The notes below the pieces were generated by a model. It was given only the letters and a program-made list of their open reading frames with translations. It was not told the DNA's origin and ran no database searches. Position numbers and translations under genes: made by a program. A DNA stretch of 63,847 nt, counting the filler, from Rhabdomonas costata (lineage: Eukaryota): assembly GCA_019059605.1 (NCBI GenBank). It is 39 parts of 39 records of this genome, joined end to end, with 100 filler letters (N's around TTAATTAATTAA, not from the genome) between each part and the next. Parts side by side here need not be neighbours in the genome. Positions count along the whole stretch, not along the records: positions 47,561 to 49,099 come from JAHMHO010013501.1; positions 49,200 to 50,738 come from JAHMHO010013502.1; positions 50,839 to 52,377 come from JAHMHO010013503.1; positions 52,478 to 54,016 come from JAHMHO010013504.1; positions 54,117 to 55,655 come from JAHMHO010013505.1; positions 55,756 to 57,294 come from JAHMHO010013506.1; positions 57,395 to 58,933 come from JAHMHO010013507.1; positions 59,034 to 60,571 come from JAHMHO010013508.1; 31 more parts are not named here. One strand, given 5' to 3'. Positions 48,695 through 62,039 of this stretch are shown in pieces. Numbering within the stretch: position 1 is the first letter of the stretch; every line of letters begins with the position of its first letter.

Positions 48695-50478
48695 CTGCGC
48701 ACGAACAAAAAGGTCTACTAAACCCTTTGTCGCAACCGTCGTTTTTTGAGTCAGCACCTCACCGCATCCTAATTAACGCGAGAAAATACATGTACAATAG
48801 AAATGGTTACGCGTGGTTACCCTCCCCTGAGCTCGTCCAGAACTCCTTGGAACTGGAAGTGACCATGTCAGTGGAGAATCGGCCCGAGTCCCGCCCATTT
48901 CCACCCTTTGGAACCTGCACACCGTGATGTGCTCGGTATCGCTTGACGCGTTTCCTAACTTCTCAGCCCAGAACCCCCGAGGCGCATCACTGTATTGCAG
49001 AAGAACAGGTATAATGTTCGTGGATAAATTAAAAACAGGCTTGTGTCGACGAGGTATGCATTCTTGGACACAAGCCTGTTTTTAATTTACCCACAAACCN
49101 NNNNNNNNNNNNNNNNNNNNNNNNNNNNNNNNNNNNNNNNNNNTTAATTAATTAANNNNNNNNNNNNNNNNNNNNNNNNNNNNNNNNNNNNNNNNNNNNG
49201 TGCCCTTGCTGAATTCATTTCCCTTTTCCCAATTACCTTTTTCGCACATACGTTTCAGTCAAATCAAACCCCATTTACAACCGAAACACAGCTCAAAGCA
49301 CAAAAAAGGCATTGGGTGAAACAATAAAACCTGCGCTCGCGTAGGACCTGAGAACAGCCATGGCTCGGTAGCTCACGGATCCAAACAGCAAAAGTTGCAG
49401 GGAAACAGAAAAAGCAACCTGTGCGTCCAGAAAACTGCTAAAGGCAGAGTGAAGCCAAAAAGGGGTGAGGGTGGAATGAAAAAACCTCTTAGGTAAACTT
49501 CACACCGAGTCCCACAAATGCATTGAAGAAAACCAAGTACATTTAGCTCAAGACAGCAGGAAAATGGCCCGCATCACACGATAACTGCATTGAAAAGCAC
49601 CAACGCACCGTCAGGTGTCGGTAATTTCAGCCCAGAACAAAAGCCCATTCCAATGCAAACAACCACAGGTTCCCAGCATCAAGTTTTGATTTCTCGGAAA
49701 TCTTGATGAAGAACAGCTAGGATGAGGAAAACGCTGGGTGAACGGTGAAATACAGCACCCGTAAAGCCTGGTCAATACAAAATCATTCAAGGGCAATATA
49801 GACAGCAAGACGAAAAGTACAGCAAGGGACCCGAAACACACGAAAACAACAAGAAAACACCATCCATTCTGGACGGTGATTTTCCGGCACAAAGGCACCA
49901 ACGAAAAACGGACGGGCATGTAAGCAGGAAAGTCAATGCCCGGGGGAGGACCTGCAGCGTTTCGGTGTCCGGGAGGTCCTTTTGGGTGAAGGGTCTGAAA
50001 TCCGACAACCTGAGCAAGCGATTTTATCATGAAATTACAAGTAGAATCTGCAGCAGGTTGGTTGCGCAGGCTGAGAAGTACCAATGGATGCGAGCGACAC
50101 CACGGGTGCGGGCAGTCTTTGCACCAGCGTTGTGTCATATATCCCACTCCAGGCACTCCACGCAACGCCCAATGCGCTTCTAATTTCCATGGGCCATAAA
50201 ACGATGAGTCAGCGATATGCCATCAACTCTCGCCGGACATTGGGGCATCACCGGTCAGTCTCATCAAGAGTCGGTTTTTCTTCCTGAGAGTACGATGGTC
50301 ATTCTCAGGCAGAAGCAAAAGAGCAAAAGAACGACTTCCAAAAGGCTTCAGCTGAAAATAAAACAGCCGAAAATGAAACGGACGTTTGGGAAACAGGTGA
50401 CATCTAACGGCGGCTGAGAGCGGCACACAGCATAGCACCCACCGAACCTCGCGCAGGAAAAGCCAACACAGAACCAAC

Positions 50479-50728
50479 CTTCATCGTCCGAGGCAGCGAT
50501 TAGCACCTCCTCCGCGGCACGGTGCTCCACGCCTTGCGAGCCAAGCTCCATAAGGTCTTGGGAGGTTCCTTTAGAAGGACTTCGCACCGAACCCGTGATA
50601 ACTTGCTTGGATCTCGGCCTCCCTGGCGGAGCAACAACGCTTGCCTCCGTATCCGCCTTTAGAAGGAACGAATGTTGTAAAGCTTGTTCCGCGGTCAGCC
50701 GTTCGCCAGGGGCAGGAGCAAGCAGCCA
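50479..50728 (-). CDS. Protein kinase, subdomain XI and tail exon
   Basis: LLAPAPGERLTAEQALQHSFL. Confidence 0.75.
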
Positions 50729-50838
50729 CACCCAAACCNNNNNNNNNNNNNNNNNNNNNNNNNNNNNNNNNNNNNNNNNNNNTTAATTAATTAANNNNNN
50801 NNNNNNNNNNNNNNNNNNNNNNNNNNNNNNNNNNNNNN

Positions 50839-52377
50839 GGGTGTGTGGCGGTCCCGGTGGATGGACGCCATAATCTTCGGCAAGGCCTTCGTACATCCCC
50901 GTCATCACGATGCGGCAGATGGCGAGACACAGCGGCCAGGACGCCATGCAGCGACCGACGGCATAAGGGTGTTCACTGCAAACATGTTCCAACGCGGCGC
51001 AGTTTCACCACAGGTGCTGCGGGTCTTTGGGCACCCAGTGGGCGCAATGGGGGTAACTTGGAGAGAGAGGTGTCCTGGGCTCAGAGCGGTGCCACCTGTC
51101 CTGCGTCCAGACATTGCCCGCGAGACTGGACCTTATGAACCCCGCCAACAAGGAGGAGCTGGCCCGCCAGAACGCGCAATAGACGGTGTGGTCATTCAAC
51201 AGATTGATGCACGCCATGTTGTTGTGCCGGCGCAAGCTGGAAAATTTCCACTTTCGGAGGCGTAAAGCATTCTGTAAAGCATGGTCCCACTCAGTTGGAG
51301 CAGTGGTATGCAGGTCTAAGGATGTGTAGGAGGTAGTCACCGTCCAGCCCTATGCACAGGTTCAGTCCAAGGATTGAAAATATTCCAGGATGAGTCACAC
51401 AGGCCAATGAGCACCGCCGCAGTTTCGAGTGCTAACACGAAGGATTAGCTGCCGTAGGTCATGGCGAGAGGAAGACGTGCGCTGGAAGGCCAGAAAACGC
51501 CTGTAGACACCGCTTGCTGAGGATCAACGTAATGGCAGGGTGCAAAAAGCGTCAGCACAACCTCCTTGCACTTTCGCCTCTTCGAGGAACACCAGAGTCC
51601 AAACAACACGGCGTATGTGAGGTTGGTTATGTGCAAACTAGTGGGGTTGGTGTACCCAGGCCGTAAAAGGTGACGTAAAAGGCCAGCAAGCAGCTGGTGC
51701 CGCGCAGCAAGTGAAAGAATGATCTCCCACAGCAAAGCGGGAGCTCTTATTGACATTCAGCTGCTGGCCGGTGAGCAAGACGTAGTCCATGGTGACCAGC
51801 CAAGCGTCTCAAACAGCGTCCCTGGTCGGCGTAGGCAGAGGGACTGCCATCGGTAGTGACGAAGGTGGCACGGTCCCACACGGATACCAGAATGTTCAGC
51901 AGCACCACGCTGAGATGGACGATCACTTTTGTAGCCGTGAAGACGGCGCCAACTCCACCGCGGAAACTGAAGCTGCTGCGCAGTTGGCAGTACATGCGGC
52001 AGATGTAGTCCATTAGCCTGCTCGAGGTGCACGACTACGAGGCCAACAGCGTAGTAGAGGATTATGCCCGCAAGCTCAGTGTTGTAGAGCGGGGCGTTCT
52101 AGATCCGCAAGGCAAGCGCCCAGTAGATGTCCAGCGTGCCGTGCTTGGCGCTGAAGCCGTGTTGGCAGAAATGAGCAAAGCCTTCCTCACAGCGCCTCGC
52201 ATCGCGTAGTCTTGTAGCATCCCGGAGGCGGTAAACAGAACTGAAGACTGAAATAGGACGCATAGCCAGAGGTTACCCGCCTTCGCCATTATGCACCAGC
52301 TTCACAAAGGCTCTTTTCTACCTTGTTCCAATCTTGTCCATAAGGAGTTGCGGTAACGCTTTCAGCTCCTCCACACA
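50839..52377 (-). mobile_element. Degenerate non-LTR retrotransposon (Ambal-like RT plus C-terminal Cys/His region)
   Basis: EELKALP, GEGG*PLAMRPISVFSSVYRL, QHGF, DIYWALAL, LSVVLLNILVSVW.RA, AYAD(Q), LAGNVWTQDR, PHC...HLW*NC; many stops and frameshifts. Confidence 0.85.
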
Positions 52378-53442
52378 NNNNNNNNNNNNNNNNNNNNNNN
52401 NNNNNNNNNNNNNNNNNNNNNTTAATTAATTAANNNNNNNNNNNNNNNNNNNNNNNNNNNNNNNNNNNNNNNNNNNNGTGGTGGGTGTGTTTGGTGGGGG
52501 GTTGTTTAATTCCACTCCTGGGTTGTTTGAATTTGGTTTATGTATGAGCGTGGCTGTGGCTTCGCCCACGTTTTTGTATGGTTAGATTTGCTTTGATGGT
52601 AGAAATGCGATTGGGTTCCAATTTTCTCTCGTCTCAGTTTTCAAATACCGTCCGCAGACGGGGTGTGCGCCACTCGCTGGCCTGGGGTGAGTGACACCCT
52701 CACACCCATAAACGCACAGGGCTTGGCCCTGAAACGAATCCCGCCCATTCCAGTCCACAACTTTGACGCCATGTTCAAAGAAGAAGGGTTTACAAACGCA
52801 GCCGTGCTAAATGCATTTCCAACTAATTTCAGAACAGAGGAAATGCGTCGCTTCCACCGCTCTCAGCCTTCATGCACAGAAGAGGGGGGCATGAATGCCG
52901 TACCTTCGGCGGACGCTGCACAGGCCTCTGCTCTTCTTGGTCAGCGTGGGGCCGAAGTCATAGTCGTACAACCACCCATCCGCGCCGGTGTCCGAACCCT
53001 CGTAGACCGTCCTTTGAGGATTTGAGCACGACACTCATAAGTCCCGCAAGACACCCTTCGTCACCACTGTTCACAACTAGTGCAGAGATGTGGTTAAAAT
53101 ACCAAGTGAAGTGAAAGTCGAAGTCAAGCACTGGGAATGACAGCGATAACACTTCGACAAGCCCTCAAATTTGAACCTTATAAGCAAAAGATGTCCCAAA
53201 CAAAAACGTACTGATAGCCCTGGGCCTGTGAGAGGCGCGACACCCTCCTTCACCTCCTTCCCAACACCTTGTGGTGGACGATTTCTCTGCACGTTCCAGT
53301 GCCTTATGGGATGCACAAGGCAGGTCCGTTGTTGCGTTAATGATGTCACCCTATTTTGTTCTCTCCTCGAATTGTGAGCTTGGATGGGGCGCCAGTGCAC
53401 CCAATACAAAAACTAGAATAGGATGGGTAGTGCCCAGCGAAC

Positions 53443-53701
53443 AAGCTCCTCCACGTACCATGGCGACGCCCATGAGCAGCCCTCGGGCAGCTCGAAGGAG
53501 TCCGGGGGGGCGAACCCCCGGCCCCGGGCGTCGGTCCAGGGTTTGGGATCCAGGGGAAGCAGCCGAGAGCCCCAGCCCAAAACTGGGAAGTACCTCTGGT
53601 TCTCAAAGGTCGCCACGCTGCACACCGCCTCCCCAGCACCAGTGACGTCCCACTGGTAGGCTGTCACCAAAGGGCACTGCGCCTGGATCGTGTCGACCAC
53701 T
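53443..53701 (-). CDS. Dysferlin (DysF-N) domain exon
   Basis: FENQRYFPVLGWGSRLLPLDPKPWTD..G....FELPEGCSW..PW.V. Confidence 0.85.
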
Positions 53702-54297
53702 CTGCAAACAGGCAACAGGGAGCCTTTACTCGACACACACAGACACACCTCATCCCGGACAAAAGTGCAATGGCAGCCTCTGCGCAGAAAAAACAGAAGA
53801 AAAAAAGGGCAGCAAAAGAGAGACAGACTCGGCAACGAGAAAGCACCGCAAAGTATTTCCCCCTCCAAATGCACACAGCTGTCATATGTTGCGTTTCCCA
53901 CCCGCCCATCGCGGGTCGGAAACGGATCCAAAGGATCCAACCAAAAATCCAGAAAACGTGATATCACAAACGCCAAATAAAGTGCTCATCTTGAACGGAC
54001 ACTGTTACCACCCAACNNNNNNNNNNNNNNNNNNNNNNNNNNNNNNNNNNNNNNNNNNNNTTAATTAATTAANNNNNNNNNNNNNNNNNNNNNNNNNNNN
54101 NNNNNNNNNNNNNNNNGGTGGTTGTGTATGTGTGTGTGTGTGTGTGTTTTGGATTTGGGGATCCCCGGTATCAGTGTCCCCACCCGGGGTTCGCCTATTA
54201 TGCACGTCACCTCAAAACGTCGCGATTGACAATTCACACAACACACACAATTCAGTGTGCACTGAATCAGGCGTTTTCGGACTTTGAAAAGAGTGTG

Positions 54298-55655
54298 GGG
54301 GGGGCAGTCGGCTTCACGGCATATCGGTCGCGCTGGTCCCTCCAGCTGTCTTTTTTCCTTCCACTGTCACCTCTTACTTTTGAGGAAGTGGGCCGTATAA
54401 AGCTGTAAATGTTCCTCCTGTGGTATGGGAGATTGACCGGGATGAGAAAGGGTGTCGTCGGTGTCTTTTTGCTTCGACCGGAATTGATCCAACGCACACA
54501 GCCTTTTCCGGTGTGTCCTTGTCTCCATTCTCATTCTTGTCTTGTCTTGCGGGCCTTCTTTCTAAGGTTGTGCACAACCACCGACACCCTTTTATCGAAC
54601 AGACCCAGTGCTGTAATGACCACTCATCTGAGCCTGTCAGTGTGGGGTGCGGCCCTTGTTTCCGTCGGGCTGCTGCTGTGCTGCAACCCGGTATGCGGGG
54701 GTGGGGCTGGCCGGCGCCACGCCCGCGCATCCCCGATCTTAAGAAGCCCGACCCAGCTCCCGCAAGCAACCACGACAGACCCCAACACTGTGGTGGCCCT
54801 GCACAAGCTGTTCGATTACTTGTCGCTGATCAACTACGACGCTTTTCGTCCCGGTGTGGGTGTAAGGCCCTCCATCCCCACTCCTTTGTCCGTTCAGGGC
54901 GTCAATGTCATGTGATGCCGACTTTTGGATTTTGGTGCAGAGTTTTTTGGTTACAGTTGCGAAAATGGCGCTAGTGCATTTATGCCCTGCGACAGAGACC
55001 CGGGACCAGTGGAACACAAGGGAGGCCACCCACGCGAAACGTTCGGCGGTTAGACGCTACCCCACGGCACCGTTCCCTCCGAGGCATACCTCTCGTGAGT
55101 ACCTGTATGGTCAACGCCCGTCAGTCAACGTAGTGTTCGCCAACAGTCAATCAAGCAATTGCCTGGGGTCTGTCGTGGTTGCTTGCGGGAGCTGGGTCGG
55201 GCTTCTTAAGATCGGGGATGCGCGGGCGTGGCGCCGGCCAGCCCCATCCCCGCATACCGGGTTGCAGCACAGCAGCAGCCCGACGGAAACAAGGGCCGCA
55301 CCCCACACTGACAGGCTCAGATGAGTGGTCATTAAAGCATTCGGTCTGTTCGATAAAAGGGTGTCGGTGGTTGTGTACAACCTTAGAAAGAAGGCCCGCA
55401 AGACAAGACAAGAACGAGAATGGAGACAAGGACACACCGGAAAAGGCTGTGTGCGTTGGATCTATTCCGGTCGAAGCGAAAAGACACCGACGACACCCTT
55501 TCTCATCCCGGTCAAATCTCCCACATCAACCACAGGAGGAACATTTACAGCTTTATACGGCCCACTTCCTCAAAAGTAAGAGGTGACAGTGGAAGGAAAA
55601 AAGACAGCTGGAGGGACCAGCGCGACCGATATGCCGTGAAGCCGACTGCCCCCCC
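54298..55655. repeat. Diverged inverted repeat of about 490 bp (54298-54784 / 55164-55655) with a 379-bp spacer
   Basis: By manual alignment the arms differ by about 8 substitutions and about 5 nt of indels. Confidence 0.92.
54616..54853 (+). CDS. Putative first exon of a secreted protein
   Basis: MTTHLSLSVWGAALVSVGLLLCCNPVCG is signal-peptide-like; the frame is open to a GTGTGG donor at 54854. Confidence 0.4.
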
Positions 55656-57636
55656 NNNNNNNNNNNNNNNNNNNNNNNNNNNNNNNNNNNNNNNNNNNNT
55701 TAATTAATTAANNNNNNNNNNNNNNNNNNNNNNNNNNNNNNNNNNNNNNNNNNNNGTGGTGGGTGTGTTTGGGGTGGTGTTGTTAATGGTTCTCTCTCCA
55801 ACAATTTGAGAAGAGGGATTCATATCGCCAGCAGTATGAGCTGTGAGGTTATCACGTTTGCAATTGTCAGCTGGGTCCTGCCACAACCCACTCTGTCACA
55901 ACATGAATGTTGGGGAATCTTGGAGATTCGCGTGGATATACGCTGAAAGATTTTTTTTGAAAGGATGAGTCGATTCGAACATTTGAGAGATTACGATATG
56001 TTCTAGGAGGGCAGTTGTGTGCCGATTGTAACCCCTCTTGTGCACTCTTGTGCGGTGTTGTACGTTTTTCGGTAAGCCTGGGCAAGTTTTTTTGGTCGTT
56101 CTTCACTTCCCATTCACTCTCTGCTCTGCAGCCGGGGCAGCGGGACGCGACCTAGGAGTTGTGGATCCTGCTATCCTTCTCTTCGGTGTCTTCGTGGACT
56201 GTGATGCTGTGTAAATTGTACTTGCTGCTCTTGTTCCTGCTGTAGAAAATGTGTGTGTGCTCCTGTCAATGCCCCTGGCGCTGGGTTTCGCACACAGTTT
56301 GTTCTGCATTTGCGAGGGAAGCAGTGCTGTCACCGAGGTTGGTGTGGATGAAGACTCTGCACTTTTTTTTTTACCTTAAGGCGTGATGACCGCAGCCACG
56401 TGAATGTGGTGCAGGTTCGCTCGTGCCAAGTTTGGGTTTCTCGGGGTGTGGAATTCGGTATATCTCTTACGAGCTTCATAATCGAACTGACGGTGAAGAG
56501 GGTGTGAGAGTGTGGTGGGGCATTGCTCATTGTTTTCGAGGTTTCGTGTGGAAACCCCTTCACCGGATACAGGTTATTTTGTGCTCTCCTTTTGTTTAAT
56601 GATGAGCATTTCCTCGCTCAGTCCCGCCGATGTCAACTGCAATGAATTCCTATTTGCCAGGTCAGCAAGACCTTTAGTTTTGGGGTCTCCCTTAGGTGCG
56701 TCTAGCACTCCCGGCTGACTTAGGCTCAAAATGCATGTCTGTAAAGGTCCAAAAAGGGCATCCCAGGCCCTTAAAAGTAACGGTTTAGTCGATAAAAGGG
56801 ATTCTTTAAGATGTCAGAGCTGGGCGTAGAGATGCAGCTGGGAAGCTGCCGATAAACGCAACCCAGGAGTGCTACCATCCCACCAAGTATGAGTCGTGTC
56901 GGACCAGTGTATCTCAAGTTATGATACCCGTGCCTGGTCTCCCCTCTGGCTCCGGCTCCGGTCCCAGGTCCGAGGACCTATGTGATAATCAGCGAAGCGA
57001 ATCGGATGAAGGTAAGAAAGTGGTGCTGGTCCCATTACCGGTGTGACTCCTGACGATTGGCGCAGGTCCGAAGGCCCGCACACGAAGATGGAAGGGTACT
57101 ACTGGAAGATCCCCACAACGACCTGCGACTCACACAGGAAATCAGATTCAAAGCAAATCTACAAACATGGTGACGAAGCTGTGCCACAGAGCGGCTTCGA
57201 GGAGCTTTCCAACCCCCACCACAACGAGCTCCGAATGCAGGACGCTGCATTATTTAGCTTTTCTCTTCGCCAAATATAGCACCCAAGCACAACCNNNNNN
57301 NNNNNNNNNNNNNNNNNNNNNNNNNNNNNNNNNNNNNNTTAATTAATTAANNNNNNNNNNNNNNNNNNNNNNNNNNNNNNNNNNNNNNNNNNNNGTTGGG
57401 TGTGCAAAGGGTTTCTTCCTCAGGGCTCTCGCTTGCGAAAGACAATGAAGTGAAAAGTAACAGCAATGGTGGGCTGGGTCCTGTGCGGCTCTCTTCTTGG
57501 GAAAAACATCTGTGGAAAGATTTGCAGCCTGTCGTCAGAGTTAGGCCTTTGGGAATGGATTTCTTCCCTTCTTGGTTGGACAACGAAATGCAGAATCACA
57601 AGTGTTGCCGATGTCGCTCGCTCGGCCTTTGCTCAG

Positions 57637-58736
57637 TGCTTCAAATGTGACAAATGTGGAAATCCCATCGAGGACAGGGTGGAGTGGGTGGACGGGAAGA
57701 AGTTGCACCCTCGCTGCGTAAAAAGTTCGAATCGCGAAGCTCTCTTTTATCTGTTCTCCCATTTGCCCCATTTATATGCATATGCTATGGTTTGCGACTG
57801 CTTTTTTTTGGCGGGAGTGGGGGGGGGTCAGCATGTGCTATTGGAGTGCAGTGAGTTGCTATGATGCCAGACCTCGGACGGCATCATCCTGAACTGAATC
57901 TCGATCCTCCCATCTTGGCGATGACATTCCCATTATTTTGGACACTCGGTACTGTCATGCAGAAACCAACTGTCACTGTCGTTCAGGTCATACCTGGTAT
58001 CGGATTGCTGAAGTAACAGTCTTGATGGTTGTGGTTCATGTTTAAAACCGAAGATGCCTGTCCTGTGAAAAGCTCGAGGGCCTCACAGAAGGGTGTGTGT
58101 GGATTCATGATTTGTCGAGGGTGGGGCGCAGAGTGTGCTTTTTTAGCTTGCGTATTTCGCTGTTCGGTTATAACTGTTGTAGACTGGCGTACGTCTTTTT
58201 ATTTTCTTGAAGAGACATGCGAGCATTGCGGGTTGGAGATCGCGGATTCCGTCGTTGTGAATGGCAAGACTTACCACCCCGAGGTGCAAATCTTCGAAAA
58301 TGGGCGTTTATTTCGGTGACATTTAAGCTGACACGTTTTTCTTGCTTGAAGCAAGAAGGTGTGAAAATGGCTCGTCGGCTGATGCAATGTATATTGCTTT
58401 TTACGCCGTGGAAGTCATTTGATCCACCCTAAATTTTTGAACAGGGTAGTAGTTCGTGCTTGTCTGTAACTGCTGGAGGTCTTTATGGGCATTTTTATGG
58501 CTTTTATAGACCTTTCAGAGTCTTTGTCGCTTGAAATTGAAGTTGAAACTGAAATTGGTTGTTAGTTGTCTCACTGAAAGTCTCGTCGTGCATACAGCTG
58601 ATTTCACTGAGCATATGTGTTTGTGTGTTTGCACGTGCTTGCGCAGCACTTTTTGTGCAAGACGTGCAAGATGCCGATCTTCGGGCGCTACTACACCCAC
58701 CAGAACAACTACTACTGCGGGAAGGCTTGCGCGAAG
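57637..58736 (+). CDS. LIM-domain protein (exons 57637 to about 57717, 58213-58283, 58647-58736)
   Basis: CFKCDKCGNPI...LHPRC and CEHC...GKTYHPEHFLCKTC...YYC...C. Confidence 0.88.
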
Positions 58737-59092
58737 GTGGGCTCTCCTGTCCTTGTCCTTAATTTTGTGATTCCGCAGCCACTGCAAAAAAAATCACCCG
58801 GTCCGCCCCTTTTCATTCTTTTCGCGTTTTTTGAGAAACGCTACTTCTTTTTTCAGAAACACATTTTTTCCATTCGGGTTGGTTGGTTTCAAAGAACTCC
58901 TCCCGCAGGCATTCCATTTTTCCACAACCCCAANNNNNNNNNNNNNNNNNNNNNNNNNNNNNNNNNNNNNNNNNNNNTTAATTAATTAANNNNNNNNNNN
59001 NNNNNNNNNNNNNNNNNNNNNNNNNNNNNNNNNGTGGTGTGGTGGAAATATCATTACTCTTCCGCAAAAACAGTTTTTGCAAAACTGCTAAC

Positions 59093-59533
59093 CAATTGCG
59101 GAAAGGAGTGGCATCAATCGCCACAATGTTGCCCTTCACCAGGGTCTTGGTTCGCACCATTTCACTGTTTGCCGGGCTGTACACGACATCCAGGATCCGA
59201 GTAACCCTTGCCATGCATTCCGAAGGCCAAGAAAAAACGCCGGAATCCAGACGAAGGGCACGGCGCTTCTGGTTTCCTGCGAAGGGGGGTTGAAGAGAAG
59301 AGAAGAGGGGGAATGGAGGAATGGAACAGGCGGGTGGGTTTATTAATCAAAGTTGAAATCAGGAGGGGAAGGGTACAAACCTCCTCGCGTCCGAACAGTT
59401 CGAATTCGACGCTCGCCAGCCACAAGCTTCGTGTTCGCAGGAGGCCTACCAACGTAGAATTTCCTCTTCTTCTGGTGAACATGGCGCTTTCGGCCAGTCA
59501 AAGTCCTCTTGTAAATCCCACTTCGTGTGATCC
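59093..59533 (-). CDS. RPS8: 40S ribosomal protein eS8 (exons 59381-59533, 59093-59276; tentative ATG-G micro-exon at 60030-60033)
   Basis: GITRS..YKR..TG...[14 protein letters not shown]...VRTRGGN.K.RALRLD.G.FSW..E...TRILDVVY...[12 protein letters not shown]. Confidence 0.96.
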
Positions 59534-61065
59534 CTGAATAGATATTACACACAAAGAATTCAAACACTTGCTGTCGAACGTGAGGCTGATGACTGACATC
59601 AGTGGCGCATCGAATTGTGAATTTTGAAGACGATCACTTCGAACTTCACCCTCCAAATCCTCCAATTACATCAAATCCCCAAAAATCCAAAAATGAGAAT
59701 GATTTTGAATCGTCTCAAACAATAAAAAAAACCGTTCTAATTCCCACAAGAAAATTCGGAAGCGAGAATAGGGCGACCGTTATCCACCTTGCCGAGGGAG
59801 GGGGGGGATAGCAGAGGATTGATGGGAAACTTCTAATAGTGCGAGTGGACGAAAGCGTTCTCCTTTAGATGTTCGACATTCCCCCTCCCGGAAAAGGAGT
59901 GGACTCAAGTATACGCCATGTTGCTCATAGACTTCTCAATTACCTTCAGTCGTTTGGATCGGTCAGACATGCTGCACACCATGGCTAATCGCTCACCTCA
60001 ATTTCTACCCAACGCGGCAATTTGCCAACCCATTGTTTGGACCAGATGAATGCCTTCAATCCCAATCAGGCACCTAGGCCCACTCTTTTTCACAGTCAAT
60101 CATTCCGTCGCTTTCGACGCTGCACGAGCTCCCGGAATCTCTTGGGCGTAGAATGGTAGTGGTCCCTACGAGCAGCGCTGGAATGTTCGGAGCCTGCTGC
60201 CGCTGGAATTGGTCTGAACCTAGCCAAGTGCATCTACTTGGCCCCCCCCCCGAACCCTGGTCTCTGTCGACTCTGTCGATTGGACCATACCCCGGGCAGC
60301 AGGGTTCCGTGTACCTGCGGAGTTAAGCTGCGTCGGGCGAACACCTTTAGTAAAAACTCAATAAGGTTTCATGTTTCATCTCCTTCACTTCTTCCTGCAC
60401 TTCTTCCTGTACATGCAGCCTTGATTTCAATACTCCATGAACTACAGGAAAGATCCCTTGTCCCCTGCGCGCCTTTAGCGTCTGGTCCCTCGGTTCTCAC
60501 AAGTATTCGTGCGCCTTCTGTCCCCTGGGACGAAGTGCTATCCGCCGAGCCATGGCCCACCACTCGCTAGTNNNNNNNNNNNNNNNNNNNNNNNNNNNNN
60601 NNNNNNNNNNNNNNNTTAATTAATTAANNNNNNNNNNNNNNNNNNNNNNNNNNNNNNNNNNNNNNNNNNNNTTGTTGGTTGGCATTTTTTTCCTTTCCTT
60701 TCGTGTTAGTTCTTGCTCGCCCTCTTTTATTGCTTTGTTCCTCTGCCTTCCCGTGCCTTCCGTTCAACGTCCGTTTTTTCTTTCGCTTGTCCTGGTGGGT
60801 CCTCATCAAGTGTAAGCTCAAAAGAACCATATTACGCAAGGGGACTTGCGTCCATTTGTCACCCTAGGCTTGCCCTTTGCTATTGTTGCTTGGAAGTTTA
60901 CTCACCTTCTTATGAAGCAGAGATTTTTTTTTTGAGGTTTTGAGGTTTTGAGATTTAGTTCACCTGTGCCTCCTCTCCTGGCAGGTGCAGGTCTCGCTGT
61001 GTTTTTGCACCTCAATTCTCTCACCCACGAAACCTGGTTGTGTTTTCGATGTCCTTGCTTTTCAG

Positions 61066-62039
61066 GGCGCGCTGCAAGCTGCTCAGGACGCCGCCGGGTT
61101 GCAAAAGAAATATCTCCTGAAGGCTGCTATCGTTCGTGTCATGAAGGCCCGGAAGACCCTCGAGCTGAACTCGGTTGCTATACTCGTTTTCTGTTCGTAT
61201 CACCCCGCTGCAAATCTGTAAGTTTCAGCTGTTGGCGGGGGGGGGAGGTCATATCTTTCGAAAAGGAATGTTACCTGGAGATGACGACGGTACCGCTAAA
61301 GTAGCGCTGGGTCCCGCGCTGTGAAATGGCTGCTACCCTCACCCCATGATCGGAGGATGACCGCGCTATTACCAGGGATAGCTCGCTATGAACACCTTCA
61401 CACACCCAGAAAACTCTCTCTGGAATGAACGTAAATAACTGTGCCGTTTTCGGTGCTGTGGGTACCCTGTTGTGTTGCTCTTGATTATGTTTACCCTGAA
61501 ATAAAAATTTGGAAGACTTCTCTCGCCAATGAGTTTCCATGAAGTGAGCTTGGGACCATTGCAAATGTCGCTGCCCGCCTGCTGACTCAGCAGATGGTGA
61601 GGCAGGTGTAGCCCCACATACCCGCTCGCTTTATAACGAATGCTTGAGGAAGTGAGCTTATCGCTACCCTCGACCGGCTGGGGACGAGTGTTGTTTTGTG
61701 GTACTACGGGATTACAACCCAAGAAAAGCTGGAAATGGAGGGCCTGTGCATAGATGTTGCCTTTATCTGTGCACGTTGTTCCTTGGCCGGCGTTCTGAGA
61801 GTAACCCTAACTAACCCTATGATTCCCTGGGCTGTGCTAGTGGTGATATTCCCAGTGCAGTGCCCCACCTGCCCGTCTTCCGTTCATTTTGAATTCGGCT
61901 CTTCAGCAATGGAGGCTGCTTTGCACCTTTTTTTTTCGCCCTTGTCTCAGCTTCAGGTAGAGGTGACGTGGCAGGTGTCGAGGCGGTTCGCCCCGGACTT
62001 CAGGCTGGTGAAGACGCTGGTTGAGGACCTCATACAGAG
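61066..62039 (+). CDS. Cullin C-terminal neddylation domain (exons 61066-61173, 61951-62039)
   Basis: AAIVRVMKARKTL...LQVEV..QVSRRFAPD...VK..VEDLIQR. Confidence 0.9.

Noticed and set aside
59587-59605. TGATGA/CTGA boxes as an intronic snoRNA in RPS8
   Set aside because: The box C is on the antisense strand and the spacing is too short.
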